The notes: generated from the letters alone by a model not told the origin. A DNA stretch of 64,000 nucleotides from Takakia lepidozioides (GCA_030704615.1 CM060733.1:22816001-22880000), one strand, 5' to 3'; shown: positions 12,401 through 26,255, counted from the stretch's first letter. Numbers and translations are program-made.

Positions 12401-13424
12401 CTGCGAGGGAATACAGTAGGGCTATGATTATGCCCTTCAACCAAATTCCCATCATGTTGGATTTGGCTTGGAAAGAATTTAGTCATCCGCAATCATTGAC
12501 ACATTACTACCAAATCATGCGCATTTGGCTGCCAGTGGCAACAAGGACTAAAGTTCTTCCCAACAATCGACCAATTGAGGATCATCACTTTGCACAATAC
12601 TGGCATGAGGCAGGTACAATGTTGAAGGAATTAATTGCCTTCCAAGTTGTACATGGATTCATTTATACCAAGACCAAGGAAGTAGCGAGTATTGTCATGG
12701 GATGCGGGTTATACTACGCTGCTTGTTTTCTGGTACGTTATCACATTGAGCAGCAAAAGATGCAATCGCGCTTTCTGAGTTATTCCAGTGGGGATCATTG
12801 GGTCTTACCTTCAGTGCCACCTCATATGTACCTATATGAGGCAAAAGTTATGATACAAAAGGATTCTCAAATTCGTTCATGGTTTCATGCGGCCTGGAAT
12901 AATTTGTCAACACAAAAATTCGGCATTGATGATATTTTCTATAAGGGACATGTGGCATGGAAATACTTGCACAATTCACAAGTCATTGGTACCCCACTCA
13001 CCTGGACAGACAAGGAGCTCAGTGTCTTCACCAATTTTGCCGTTCAGCGTTTACAGCAAGTTTTAAAATATAAACTTCCAGACATGGTAGGACAACATTG
13101 TATGCCCCAGAGGATTCCACAAAAAGTTCGACAATCAAAACACCTGAGAGGCGATGAGGTTCTGATACAACTGTTTCTTCAGCGGATTCTTTTGACATGG
13201 GAGAAGACTATGCAATTCAGATGGTAGAGAAGAAGCGATGGGGGTCTCCTATGCCTGAAAGGTTACCTCGATATCAGCCTCCAGAGGGCCTCACTTATCC
13301 GGGTAGTGTTCAATCATCTCCGTCAACCAGTGACCGACCTCGGGCTCGTACACACAGTCCGCCACGAAACTCTCAACGTCAGAAAGGTGTTCGCTCACAA
13401 AGGTTTGCCAATCCCAATCAATAA
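9455..13424 (+). pseudogene. Extra long ORF between Gypsy pol and the 3' LTR (plant-transposon-protein-like N-terminus plus long coiled coil)
   Basis: ORFs at 9455, 9809, 10076 and 10847 share one frame separated by single stops, then frameshift into 12247 and 13197. Contains FLQNF..VKGVELVITP..LFRLPAG and GEEVEWADIMY motifs, with a Q/E/K-rich heptad region at about 11270-12170. Confidence 0.65.
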
Positions 13425-13446
13425 ACCGTGAGGACACGGCTTTTTG

Positions 13447-14468
13447 AGAGACGAAGGGGTAATGTTAGAGGACTGTCTGGGACTTAGACACTTATACGGG
13501 ATCTATGGGGTACCCTTAATTTTTGCACAGACTGAGACCAACAGGAGCCTTAGGGGTGACAGCAGCACACTTTAGAGGGGGGTTACACAGCCGTCACAGC
13601 CAACATAGCCCGACACAGCCCGACACAGTAACACAGCCAGTCACAGCCCAACACAGCTCGACACAGCCACACAGCTTCGCACAGCCCGACACAGCCCGAC
13701 ACAGCAACACAGCCAGTCACAGCCCGACACAACCCGACACAGCCACACAGCCAGTCACAGCCCGTCACAGTTTCACACAGCCAGTCACAGCTTGACACAG
13801 CTGTCACGACCATAGGGAACGGATAGCAGGACAGGGAACGACTGAGGGGAACAACATCTACGAATGGAACATGTAGTTCAAGGGTGACGGTTAGTGAGGG
13901 AAACGGTTAGAACAACGGGTAGGAAAATAAAGCGAGGAGCGAGGACAGGAGGAGAATCACTTTTTCTTGACATGACTTGGCCAGGGGACTTCGGACAGCA
14001 CGGGGGGAAATGAGGCAGAGAGCGTATCTCTGAGCAGAAAGAGGGAGAGCACGGAGTAGGAGAAGTGACGATCTGTTGTTACTTGATGAATGCAAGCTAT
14101 AGAATTGTAATGTAGAGTAGATTAGAGACACCATGGCTTCAGCCTGATACTTGATAGATATTAATCTGATACACACTTCATACTCACACTGTGTAGAGAG
14201 ATCTGAGTGAAGCTGTGGAATGAATGGATGAGTTGATGGAATCCGATAGATTGATGAAGCAAACTGATACTTAATTATCAATAGTAAGGTAGCTAGCTAA
14301 CATGAATGCGGAAAGGAAAACAAATAGGAAACACCCCCATGATACACTAGCTGTAGGTCATGACTGATTGTTCTGAGCGGGCTGAGTACTTAGAGATTTC
14401 CAACTCTTCTATCTTGGAGTTTCCGCCTCGGATAGCGAAGGGATGGGTGAGTAAAAGCCGCGCGACAA
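13447..14468 (+). mobile_element. Polypurine tract and probable 3' LTR of the Gypsy element (TGTTAG start at 13463; right end unresolved)
   Basis: AGAGACGAAGGGGTAA is followed by TGT directly after the last ORF. The region contains a CACAGCC-type repeat (13585-13810) related to the integrase repeat. Confidence 0.65.
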
Positions 14469-16904
14469 GAGTGACTGAGTAGCAACTGCTCAGTCACTCC
14501 CCCCCCCCCCACCTTTTTGTTTTTTCTTTGTTGCCCCCTCTCTCCCTCTCTCTCCCTCTCTCTCCCTCTGGAATGGGTTTATGGAATTGTCGTCCCGACT
14601 TCCATCTTTGAGAAAATTGAAAAACTTAAAAAATTGGGTTGCAAGGAATTTTGGATGTTTTTTCATCCAAAATACAAATCTTTCCCTAGTGAAACATTTC
14701 TTCACTAAATACCTGTGAGGTGCAAAACTCCCGTCAGTCAATCCAACCTGGATGAAAAAATGACTTCATCTGACAGGACCTAAATACGGGGCAAGACATG
14801 TATAAACCCCCGATGTTTTTCGTCTAACCTAGATGAAATACGAATTGCATCCGTGGAGTTCAAGACGGGATGAACGCACGATGTCTTTCATCTTCCGCGA
14901 ATGAGAAACGGACAACGTCCATCGGGCGTACAGGCTGGCGTATGTTTTTCATCCTGAGAAGGATGAATGATGGGCTAGATAGGGGAAAACTCTGCGCAAC
15001 CCTAATGTCTCTCTTTTTGCGCTGCGAGAGCACGCGCGATGGCGGCTTGGGTGGAGCGATGGTGCTCGTGCTGCAGATACCTTGAGTGTTTATGGCTCCT
15101 GTGAGCGCCGCCTAGGCGGGCTCTTTAAGGCAATGATGGTGGCTTAGAGATGAGGGAAGATTCACTGTCTCAGTTGTCTGTTTTTTTGCTGCACAAGGGA
15201 ACCGCGACAGTGATGGCGGAGGTACCACCTGCATGCTTATGACATTTCCCTAGGAGCCCTCCTCTGGATCTTTGATGAATGACGACATCTTGGTAGAACA
15301 AAGAAGTCTCTCTCCCTCCATTTATAAACCCTACCTTTTGAGACCAAGCTCTTTTTTCTTGTGCTTGGCAAGACTTTGCTTTGGTTAAGGTAGCAGTGTT
15401 GTGGTGCTGGCGGAGTCCTCCCTGCACGGTTAGGCTTGTGGAGAGATGACAACTCTCCCCCAAACAGTAAAAAAATGTTTTTTTTTTTTTTTTTTTTTTT
15501 TTCTGTTTAATTTGCTTCTCTACTTTCTTTGGCATTCTATGCGCTTAGATTGAAGTGTATTTGACCTCAATAGCAAGTGTGGAAGCCTGCTACTCACCTC
15601 GTGCATCCTCACTAACTCATAACGCGTTGTGGTTGTTTTTGGGACGGGCACAGGTGAGGGCTTCCACTTAATATTCTGATGTCTAGGTGCTGCTGGATGC
15701 CAAGTGGGATTGTAGAGCCGGGGAAGGAATCGCTTGCCAGGGACTCATCTTAAAATGCTGAAAAACTAAACTACTCTATGGTTTTTCTTGATCCTACCTC
15801 TTTCCTTCCTTGATTTTTCAAGAACAAGTGTAATGCTTTCTACAATGGGCTATTTCGGCCCAACCAGTGGAAAACCTCTGTTATGTGGTGACAGCCTGGT
15901 TTATGATGGCTTGTGTGAGAGACACACATATGTTTTCCAGGCCCCCCTTTGCTTACCTTATGGTAGTTGGAAACAAATTGAGAGGCTGCAAGGAACTATT
16001 TGCTGCAGCTACTCGGGTACCTATGTTGGTATAAGGCCCTTGTTATGTTCCAACCCAGATGGCTTTGTATGAGCTAGATGCTTAAGCCAGGGTATGGTGA
16101 AGTTGCTGCCTGCGGCTATTCGTCTGACACTGAAATATGGCAGTAATATAAATGGTAACTGGTTTTTGAGGCAGCCAGGGTGGTCAAGTGGAAATACCCC
16201 CTGGACATGGTGTAATGACATGGTCAAATGTGGAATGATGTGAAGGGTGTACTGACAGTATCATATACTGTCATAGGATGTGTGTGCAGTCCTTTATATT
16301 TACCTTGTTGTGTCATGAACTTTGATTTTCAGCTATAGCAAGAAATAAAGGTATAGGGGTATTCTGGAAAACTTACCAGACATATCCACCTCCCCTGTGG
16401 GGGTAAGCTGTGCGGCAGACCAGTCTAAACAAATATTGGCAAGGCAAGGTATTTAAATCTGTAATATCCAGGTGTTCCTTTCTTTTTTAAGAAAACCCTC
16501 CATGACACCCATGGGGTTTTAGTAAGTATGCTTGGATTACAGCTTGCAGATTGTAAATCTGTATGATTATTTGACCTGCACCACATCAAGGCCAAAGTAT
16601 GGCCAAGTACCCGCCACCCCACCCAGACCTCTGAATGTGTATCATGATCATGACTGGTGGTCAATCAACATCAGTGCCATACTCTTTGGGTTATGAATAA
16701 TACTGACATTAACACATTACTGTGCATGGATGTAATTCTGGATTTTCTAAGCTTGGTGATTGATGGATGGTACCAGTGTTAAGTGGCTGATATGTTTGAT
16801 TATTCTTTCATGACAATGACCCTAGGGGTCATGTCTTTGTCTTGACATGACAAAAAGTATCTTCCCTCTCTCTTTTTAACTTTTTCTGCAGGGGGGTCAA
16901 CTCT

Positions 16905-17000
16905 GAGGTTAAGAAAACCATGCTTTGTCGCATTATTAGACCTACCTTGGAGTACGGATCTGCAATATGGGTTGATAAATCTGACTTAGAGGTTGTAGTG
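16905..17000 (+). pseudogene. Non-LTR retrotransposon RT C-terminal fragment
   Basis: IIRPTLEYGSAIW motif typical of the LINE RT thumb region. Confidence 0.5.
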
Positions 17001-17386
17001 TCCAAAGCCATGTCACGGTGTACACCACAGGAAAATGACACATCCCTTTGGACATGCATGAATCACATTGTAACTAAGCCCGAGCTTTCATATCATGGTT
17101 GAGGCTTTGTAATCTGTTGATGGCAATGTGTTGGCGGTGGGGGGGGGGGGGGGGGGGAATTGACCTTTTCAGGATACATAGCAGCTCATTTGTGAATGCT
17201 GATGACTCACGGTGAGTCCGGCAGGCATTCAACAAAACCAAGGTGGCAGACAAACGATCTATGGTGCTCCCAACATATAATGGTGTCTTTGGCGCATCCT
17301 GGAACTTAAGATAGTTAGGGTCAATGTTGGGGGCATCGTCCTCTTGCCATCCATCCTCCTCTGAGGAAGAGTCACCTTGTCGACCA

Positions 17387-17850
17387 TCATGAATTGGTAC
17401 CCCATCCTGACTTCCTTCCCCTTCCCCCCCCCCCTATGGCTCCTTCAAGCGCTGGTCTACCTTCCAGTCTCAGGTTAGATCGAGCAAGTTCGGCAGCCTC
17501 GTCTCCAAGGCGGAATGCCTCACTCAACATCCTTATCCCATCCATTTGCATGTCATTATCCAGTTGTGGGGTGTTGTAATGCTGCCCAAAGTAGGCAGCA
17601 TTCCAGTCTTCATCTGAAGAGTCCCCTTCATCACTTGGGTGCTTTACCCTTAGTCTGGGGTCCCTACCTTCAACTGCAAGGTGTCTTTGGACCACCCACC
17701 TCAATATCTTAACCCCCCCATGGCAAACTCTGCACGGACAACGAACCTTTCTGCGTCCCAACGCATTGGCACGATGCTCCTCATTGGCACGATGCTCCTC
17801 TCGTTGCCACAACTTTTCATCTCGCTTGCGTATCCTCCTAGGGTCAGAAA
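17387..17850 (-). pseudogene. CACTA/EnSpm transposase N-terminal (transposase-associated Zn) fragment
   Basis: KVRCPCRVCHGG..VVQRHL..GRDP matches the CPCxxC..HL motif of CACTA TnpD N-termini. Confidence 0.6.
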
Positions 17851-18683
17851 TGCTTTCCCAACTCCCTGCTGGGCCGCGCGTGACCCTGCTCTTCAGAGGC
17901 GGAGTGCTCGGATTCAAGAGAGTGCCATGGGAGGCAACGACCGACGTCCTGTGGTGGAGTCTGACGATTCGGAGAAGAGTTTCGATAGTGAGGCGGATAG
18001 ATTGTTCCAAGCAGATGAGGCCGACGACTGGGAGGAATCAAGCGCAGAGGCAGAACCCCCATCCCCGAAATGGGTGAATGCGTTTTCCACCAAGATGCCA
18101 CGATAAAACCGATGCTAGTTTTTGCTCTCTCTCCCACTCTGTTTCTTGTGTCCTTATCATTTGCATTCATTTGTTTCATGCCCAAATTCTTGGTTACCTG
18201 GTTAGTGTTGTCCTGAACGAGAGGGACGAGGGTTATGTCTTGTAGAGATTACCAAAATGTATGTTACTTCATGATGAGAAATGCAGGAAAGGAAGATTAG
18301 AGTTGCAGATTGCGCCACTGAAACCCCAAGTTCGACAGAAGTCTCAGCCTGTGACATATGGGCATTTCACGCCCACAAACTTCAAGGAGTTTTGGGTCAG
18401 CCTTTAACCTCCACAGTTACGAGTCCTTCAAGTACAGACTTTGTGATCTTGTAGGATCGTGCAAAACGACAGAAGGGCTGTAGTTCAAAGACCCCTAAAT
18501 CCATGCAGCCCCAATCTCTCCTGGTGGCCAAGGCTGGTTGTATGGGACTGTCAGGCAGATGTACCCTGTATCATCATCATCCTTCCAGCAGCCTGCATCA
18601 GGAGGCAATTACAACCAACAGCCTCAGTACATACAGAGTCCCCAAAGCCCACAGACAGGTAATTTCAACCAGCCCCCCCCCCC

Positions 18684-19500
18684 ATGCCGGGTTACTTGAA
18701 CCCATACTCGAACTTGCCACCCTCACAACAGCCCCCTTTCCAGGGTGCTCCGGTGCAGTTTGGAAACCAGCCTGGTTTTCACAACTTTGGGAGCAACAAC
18801 CAGCCTTCTGTGTTGCCGTTTCCTTGCCAACAACAACAGAGCCAACATGGTGGTGCAATGGGGCAAGATGCCCACCCAAATTGGGGGCTTGTGGGAGGAT
18901 AGGGTGCTGGACCTGTAGGTGATGCCGTCGTCAAGGACGAAGCAGTAGCAAAGGATGTACAGCCAGCGGTGGAGGGGGCAGCAGCAAAGGCGCGGAGGGC
19001 AGAGCTTCAACGGGAAGCAAGGAAAGACGATAAGGACTTGCAGGAGCAGTGGAAGCGCAGTGCCTCAGAAGGTCAGCCTGTCTACACAATTACTACTAAG
19101 ATAGGTGACATTGCGAAGGGGAAGTCGAAATGGCAAACAAAGATAAAAGGCCACGTGATACGCTGTCTTGACTTTGGGGCCAGGGGAATTAAACACCAGA
19201 ATGAGGATAAGATAAATTTCATTGTCAAGGAGATGCAAATTGAGTTCCGGTATGCACCATTTCCTCTGAAGGCAAACGCAGTTCGTACTTACATAATGAA
19301 TTTCATGAAGAGTGAGAGATCTCGCTAGAAGAGAGAGTGGACTGCACACAATCCCAGGCCCGATGATTGTCCTCCACACGCGTGGAAGAGCTTGGTGGGA
19401 TGGTGGTCATCGAAAGAGGGGCAGGAGGAGGCCGAAGACAGGGCTGCATCTCGTGCTGCAGAAAAAAATGGAAGCCACGTTGGACCCACAATCTTCAATC
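18684..19500 (+). pseudogene. Probable CACTA accessory (TnpA-like) gene fragment
   Basis: Degenerate ORF KWQTKIKGHVIRCLDF..EMQIEFRY..YIMNFMKSERSR, resembling CACTA ORF2 proteins and the gene at 24234. Weak call. Confidence 0.4.
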
Positions 19501-19848
19501 ACATCATCTCCATCCAGCCTCCTTCATCTCCACTATCAGGAAAAAATAAAAGGTGCTCCAAGCATGAAGCCCCAAACCTGAGTTATAAGTTAGATAGTCT
19601 TACCCTTGCACTTCGAGTCTCCGAGTATCCTTTGGGAGTTGTCAACGCTGCAGTTAAGGCCTGTATGGATGGGCTTCCTTCGCTTTCTTTCCCCTGTGTA
19701 CAGCCACAATAAGACCCATTAGGTGAACGCAGACATTGAAGTGGCAAAATTACAAATTGCGTCAACCCATGAAATATACATATAAGTCATCTTACCAATT
19801 TGGCTGTTGTCCTGATGAAAATGAAGTTAGGCAGAAACTTCCCTGAAC

Positions 19849-20379
19849 TTGTTTCCAGTCAGTGACATGGGGGAGGACATCTTGGATGACCTCAAGGGTC
19901 TACCCACTCTTGGCACTAGTCTGAAATTTAAACTCAGGGCAGGAAGCCTACCTTTGAACAACAAACAGAAGCAGAGAGGAAAAGGAGAGTGCAATTGCCC
20001 GTTGTGTGGGCAATCTGAAGACAGTACTCATTTTCTGATACACTGTCCGGGGTTCTCTCACCAAAGAGATGCTCTCTTCAAATCTATCAAGGGAATTGTG
20101 CCTGTACCTCTGTTTACCAACTTTGAAAGTCTCAAGGCTGAGCCAAAAGCCCAGGCCCTCCTGAGGCTTAGTTATTGGGCAAATCTCACACATCAGTTTG
20201 ATGCTTGTGTGAAGGGATTTCTAGAGGATATTTGGAAAACCCAGATTAATTCTATATATGAAGGTAAGTCTTACTACCAACGTCAGCCCCTGACAGAGGC
20301 AGGTTCTGTCCCTTTTGTTTCCGCTCAAACTGGGCGCAGGGTCAATGGCCACAAGGCTACGGCAAACAACGTCTTATGA
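19849..20379 (+). pseudogene. LINE 3' end with C-terminal CCHC zinc finger
   Basis: FKLRAGSLPLN..CPLCGQSEDSTHFLIHCP. Related degenerate pieces occur at about 27470-27650 and 31970-32790. Confidence 0.7.
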
Positions 20380-20829
20380 GCACAATCTTTTAACTTTTTT
20401 CTGCACCCTCTCTCCCTTGTGGTTTGTTTACTTTTGTGAACAGCAAAAAAGAGAGGGAAGATATTCATGTCATGTCAAGACATAGACAAGACTTGATAAA
20501 AGTCATTGTCAAAAAAAATGACATAGCAGCCTCATTACAAGGCATTGTCAAACATCTCCTTACATGTACAATCCAAAAAAGATCCTTATTACAAGGTATC
20601 CTCCTATCATCATGTTAACACTTTCCCTCCATAAATATGTCATCTTAAATAAAAGAGACTGGATTTCAAAGTTCTTGAAATCCTAGGGTGGAAAGGTGGG
20701 GTCTTTTAAGAAAACAAACACATAGCATGAGCCTGTAGGGTTCTGAAGAAGGTATGCATATTTGCATACAGTCAATCAATCAGAGTCTGAACCACTTTAT
20801 TTAAAACATGCTGAGTTTTAAACAAGAGC

Positions 20830-21460
20830 TATAAGTGTCCCACACAAGCCGCCATAATCTTTGCCATTCATTGCCATGTTTATTAACAAGCTGAAAGCCA
20901 GTTAGACCATGGCCTAAAAATTAATGTCAGGGTCCCACACAAGTCACCATCTTCTCAGTCATCATTGAAGGGTTTCAACAAGGTCTAAGAACTGATATGT
21001 GTGTCCCACACAAGCCATCATATTCAGCACCTGTATGTTAAACCTCACAGGCTGGAGACAAAGCAAAAAAAAAAACTACAAACTGATGTGTGTGTCCCAC
21101 ACAAACCACCATGGTCTTTGCTATCATTGCCAGGTTTATTAACAAGCTGAAGCCAAGTAAGCCAGGGCCTAAAAAACTGATGTGTGTGACCTTCACAAGT
21201 CATCATATTCTCAGCCATCATTGCAGGGTTAAACACTGTCCGGGAAGGTACCCAAAGGACTGCAGCAAACTATAACTTGCAGCACCTATATGTTTACCCT
21301 AACAGATCGGAGGCAAAGCAAATCAGGGCCTAAAAAACTGATGTATGTGTCCCACACAAACCACCATAACTCAGCCACCATTGCAGGGTTTAAACAATGC
21401 ACGGGAAGGTACCCAAAGTGCTGCCGCAAACAATACATTGTAGCGCCTTTATGCTTAACC
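20830..21460. repeat. Degenerate tandem repeats (TGTGTCCCACACAA...CAGCCATCATTGCAGGGTT)
   Basis: Core motif recurs at about 20835, 20932, 21000, 21090, 21180 and 21346. Confidence 0.7.
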
Positions 21461-22973
21461 TGACAGGTTGGGGGCAAGGCAAGGCACGGCAAGGCAAAGC
21501 AAGGCAAGGCAGTCTCAGCCATCATTGCAAAATAGGGGCCCTCCACCAATCTGGAAAGGATTACCCACCACAAGTAGCACTATACTGTCCTTCACAAATC
21601 AAATCATGAAAAACATAGAGTAGTTTAGTTTTTCAGATTTCAGGATGAATCCAGAGTCAACCACCATCTTCACTCCTCTGTAATCCTCATGGTACCCTGC
21701 AGCACTTAGCAATCAGCATATTAAGCGGAAGCCCTCACCTGTGCCCGTCCCAAAAACCACCACAAAATTAATTGTGTTAGTGAGGATGCACGAGGTGAAT
21801 GGCAGGCTTCCACACTTGCTATCGAGGTCAAATACACATCATACTAAGTACAGAGAACACCATAAAGTACCGGGAGATCAACAAACAGAAAAGAGAACCT
21901 TTTAAACTGTTTGGGGGATGGTAGCCATTGCTCCATAACCTAGTTGTTATGGGAAAGCCTCTACCATCACCACAGCACACACACCTAACATCAGCAAGGT
22001 CTTGCAAATCACTATTGAGCAAGAAAGAGAGCTGTGTCAAGCATGCTAGGGTTTATATAAAGGGAAGAGAACTTCCTTATTTCGGATGGGAGCGCCGCCA
22101 TTCATCAATGATCCAGGGGGAAGGGCTCCTAGGGAATCTCCAAAGAGGCAAGCAGTACATCAGCCATCATTGCCCCTGTTCCCTTGTGCAGTAGGAAACC
22201 AAACAGAAGAGCAAGAGTGCCTTCACTTACCTCAAAAGAACCGTCGTCTCCTTAATGAATCCATAGAGGCGGCATTCATAGAGTCTTTAAACAACCCAAG
22301 GAGCGGCAACTCAACGTAACTGCAGCTCGAGCACCTTCCATGCCGCCATTGCGCGATCCTTCAACGCAAGAGGCAAATACAGGGTTGCGCAGGGACCTTA
22401 CCTTGTCTTGCCACAACAGTCATCCACTGTCCGGATGAATTTCATCCAACGTAGCCTTGAACCCGGCGGACAGATTCCAATTTCCATCAAGGTAGGATGA
22501 GAAAAATCGAGAAATTACACTAAGGTTCAACACATCACAGCTATGGTATAGGCTGGATGCAATCAAGGTAGGCTATACTGAAAAATCGTGGGCAAAAATC
22601 AGATATGTGCAAAGGTAAAACGGATGAAACCAGGATGAAATTCATCCGGTTTTCTCTTTAACCCAGATTTTAGGCACCCAAAATATGGAAGTCGGGATAA
22701 CAATTCCATAGACCCAGGTAACAGAGGGAGAGAGAGGGTGAGATCAAGAAACCAAAAAAATAAAAAATGGGGGGGGGAGTGACTGAGCCCGTGGTGCTCA
22801 GCAGCTGGTGGTGGTGCTCAGTCACTTCCCCCACCCCACCTTTTTCTTTTCTCTTTGTTGCCCCCTCTCGAGACCCCAAGCACTTGCTGCTCTCAGCGCC
22901 CGACATGCTTGGTTTTTTTTATTTTTGATCTGGAATGTTCCTAATGAGGCCAACTTGTGGGTTTGCATGACAG

Positions 22974-25177
22974 GTGCCAGCTTATGGGGAAAGAGAAGAA
23001 GTCCCCTGCCCCAAAGAAAGGGGCGGACAATCCGTTTGCTCTGTTGGCACGTGTGACGCGCCAGGGCGTCTCACGGCTAACCAGCCCCGTCGACAGCCGC
23101 AGTTGGAGGGCTCGTTTGCCCCCCGAGGCCAGTACCCCCCTCTGGTCCACATCTTGGATGCGCCAGGGGCCGGCTCAGCCAGCTCTCCTATTCGGGAGGT
23201 TGTTGCTCAGTTGAGCACACCCCCGGCCACCAAGACGGGTGAAATGTACCTTGGCAAGCACATCACCCGTTCGGGGGCCCGGTATGGGCACCTTTTGGAT
23301 GTCACCCCCATAGCGACCCCTTCCTCCGCAGCAAAGGCTGCACTTGCCAAGGCCCAACGTCAGGTTCAAAGGCCTTTGAAAGCCTCCATTGCCAGCCCAT
23401 TGTTGTCGATGAGGGAGGAGGAGACGAGGAGGGCCAATGAAGTGGCCAAGATAGCGAAGCGCCTCAAAGAAGTCAAGCCATGTGAGGGCTTCTACCTGAT
23501 ACGCATTTGGGGGGGGGGGGTGGAGGATGAGGTATGGGCCGGTTTGGAGCAGCCTAGCCAATCGGCGACACCACCCCCTGAGCCTGAGCGGTCAGCAAGG
23601 AAGGGCCTGGACTACGGGGCGCCGCCGCCGGCTATACTCCACATTTGGAATCTACTTCCAGTGGCGCTCCGGGAGGGGATAGAGCGGGCACATCCAACAA
23701 TGGGGACTCCTCCCACATCGGGTGACACCAGAGGTGAATCGGACAAGCTTGCAACCTTGTTATCCTTTCCTTTGCATGCATGATTTTCTTTGTTGTTTGT
23801 TTCTTTTTTTGAATTTGGAGGGGTTATTTGTCTTCAAGAGGCAGCAACATGGCTGGCCTCATTGGTGCAGTCCAGTGGGGTTGCCAATGAGGGAGAGCAC
23901 GTGGTGTTCATGAAGTACCCGAACACCAAAGGTAAGAAGAAGAGGCCTCGATCTCCCGAGATCCCTTTTACCATCAATGAAGGGGCTGCCGAGGAGAGAG
24001 AGAGAGAAGGGAGAGGGAGAAGGAGAGAGAGGAAGTAGCGGGGAAGAGGAAGGAGATGGTCATAGAGAAGGGGAAGGAAAAAAAGAAGAAGAAAAAAAAG
24101 TCCCATGGAGAGGAAGGGGTGAGTGTGCATGCGGGGGAGGGCAGTAGGGTAACAAAGGAGTAGGGGAATGAGGCTACAAAGAAGGGAGAGGGTGGGATAG
24201 CCTTGGCGATACAGGACGTGGAGTTGGCAAAGATTGTGGTGCCACTATGGCGACCCCTGCGGTGCGTTCTGGGAGGCTATGAAGAAGCCAGCCTTCGAAC
24301 TCGCATTGAGGTGGTTCCCTTTGCACATCGAGTGGGCTGATCAGTACTTTGGCGCGAAGCAGGCGTATGCCCGTGAGTTAGACCGCCAGTTTCCCGGCAA
24401 TTGGAGTGACACAAGGGTGATGGAGATGGTGGGGCGAAACTTGAAGGATAGGAGGTACCATGCCAGACAGATCATTCGAAGGGCAATGGAAAAGGGGGCC
24501 ATACCCAAACCACCTTATGGAATTACACAGGTTGGCAAATCCTGAATCATGTCACCTTCCATTAGTCACATGTGCATTAATGAGGTGGATTCGATGCAAC
24601 GTATGTGTGTAATTCACTAATTGTTGGGGGGGGGGGGGGGGGGGGGGGGCATAGGTATCGTGGGATGCACTCATTGCGGGAGAGACTGATGCCGCAAACA
24701 AGGCCAAATTTGACCGGGCACGTGAAGCAACAATAGTCCGCCTTGACAAGCACGAATCCACACACAATTGGGGCGCCGACTGATCCAAGGGTTTTATCTT
24801 ACGATTTGTAAGTCGTACTTCCCTATGGATTTTGTTATGTCTTCTTTCTGGCTCCATCATTGCGAAGAACTGACTTTAATTTGTGGCATGTGTAGCAACG
24901 CGCGTTTGAGATGAAGCCATCTCCGGTAGAGTACAACTACGTCAAAGAGCATGGTTGGCAATTCCTCATGAAGAACATGGCCAACACAGAGGGGATGAGT
25001 GCACTACAGGGCACTAATATAGATGAGGTCGAGGGTCGTGGCCAGGGATTGGATGAGAGCTCTGTGGGACTTAGGGGAACGCCGCCTCATTTACGTGCTC
25101 TGACAAAGGGCGCGGAGTCATCAGGCTCATCGGATAGCTCTGAGTCCTCCACTGAGAGTGAGGATGAGGATGACTAG
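22974..25177 (+). pseudogene. Multi-exon CACTA accessory (TnpA/PTTA-like) gene, degenerate
   Basis: Exon-like blocks: 22974-23750; 24234-24530 (FPLHIEWADQ..LDRQFPGNWS..NLKDRRYH..PKPPYGI); about 24655-24807; 24900-25177 with acidic tail. Lies just inside a CACTA terminus. Confidence 0.55.
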
Positions 25178-25464
25178 TCCTAGTCCATGTAGGTCCCAGG
25201 GTCAGCCTACTAAACCCTTGTGAGCTTTTTAGCTCATTTCCTGTAAATATATTTCCATCTTTCCATCTTCCATCTTATTCATGTGTCGCACCGTCCTCAC
25301 CCTCGATTCATGCTTGCTCAATTGTGTACTTGCTAAATCAGAGAAATGGAACTGTAAGGTCTCCCATCCCCAAATACAAAACCAGGCAAAAAACAAAAAA
25401 CCACCCCCAATTCACCCCCAAAATCAACCCCCAACCCCCCCCCCCCCCCCCCCACCAGGCTGCC

Positions 25465-25997
25465 CTCGCGACTGCAGCACGTCGCCAATGGCGACGTGTT
25501 TTTTGGGCGGGGGTCGCAAGCAGCGACGATCGGGCGTCGCAAACCCCATTTGCGGGCGGCAACGCCCGACACCCCCTGCGACGTGTTTTTTAGTCTGGGG
25601 GTCGCAAGCCGCGACGCCCTGGCGTCGCAGAGACCACCACCCTGCCTGCGCCACGTTTTTTTTTTTAATTAGATTTAAAACAAAAACGATGTTGGAGCGT
25701 CGCAACAACCCACGCCCGGACGTGGCGGAGACCGACTCCTGCTCCTGCTGTTTTTTGCCACGCCCAATAGTCGCTTGGCGTACCACCTGGCTTACGCCAC
25801 GTGTTTTTGGATTTTAGGATGGGATTCCCGGGCAAGTTAGAAAAAAAAGGGGATGCGACGCCCTTGCGACTGCAGGGCAACGGCCGGACGTTGCAAATTC
25901 TGCGCCTGCCGCGTGCCCGAAAAGGGCGTTTTCCCGACGCTGCAGTGTGGCCGCGGCATGGCGCGGGCATCGCAAAGGCCCCCCTTTTCCTGTAGTG
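25465..25997 (+). mobile_element. CACTA element right end with GCGAC/GTCGC sub-terminal repeats
   Basis: Ends ...CCCCTTTTCCTGTAGTG (reverse complement CACTACAGG...) at 25997, abutting Gypsy RT sequence. Confidence 0.75.
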
Positions 25998-25999
25998 CA

Positions 26000-26255
26000 T
26001 TGATCCAGTCACGGACTATGGAGTTGTTCGAAGCTGGATTGGTGGAGTTGTCAAGCGGGGAGTATCGACAACGGTGATGCCAACTAAGAAGGATATCTAT
26101 GGCAATTGGACAGAAAGAAGGATGTGTGGGGACTATCGTCCTGTGAACCGTCAGGCTAAGTCCGATAGATATGTCATGCCAACTCCAGATGAGATCTTTG
26201 ATGCCATTGGGCATGCAAAGGTGTTTAGTACATTGGACTTGCGATCCGGTTACCA
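26000..26255 (+). pseudogene. Ty3/Gypsy reverse transcriptase, 5' half
   Basis: KKDIYGNWTERRMCGDYRPVN..DRYVMP..FSTLDLRSGYH. Confidence 0.9.

Larger units (their letters stand above)
14469..22830. repeat. Long diverged inverted repeat (about 14469-15960 versus about 21050-22830) with hairpin ends AGTGACTGAG..CTCAGTCACT
   Basis: For example 15565-15680 is close to the reverse complement of 21712-21830, 14990-15090 of 22310-22393, and 14488-14670 of 22640-22788. Confidence 0.8.
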
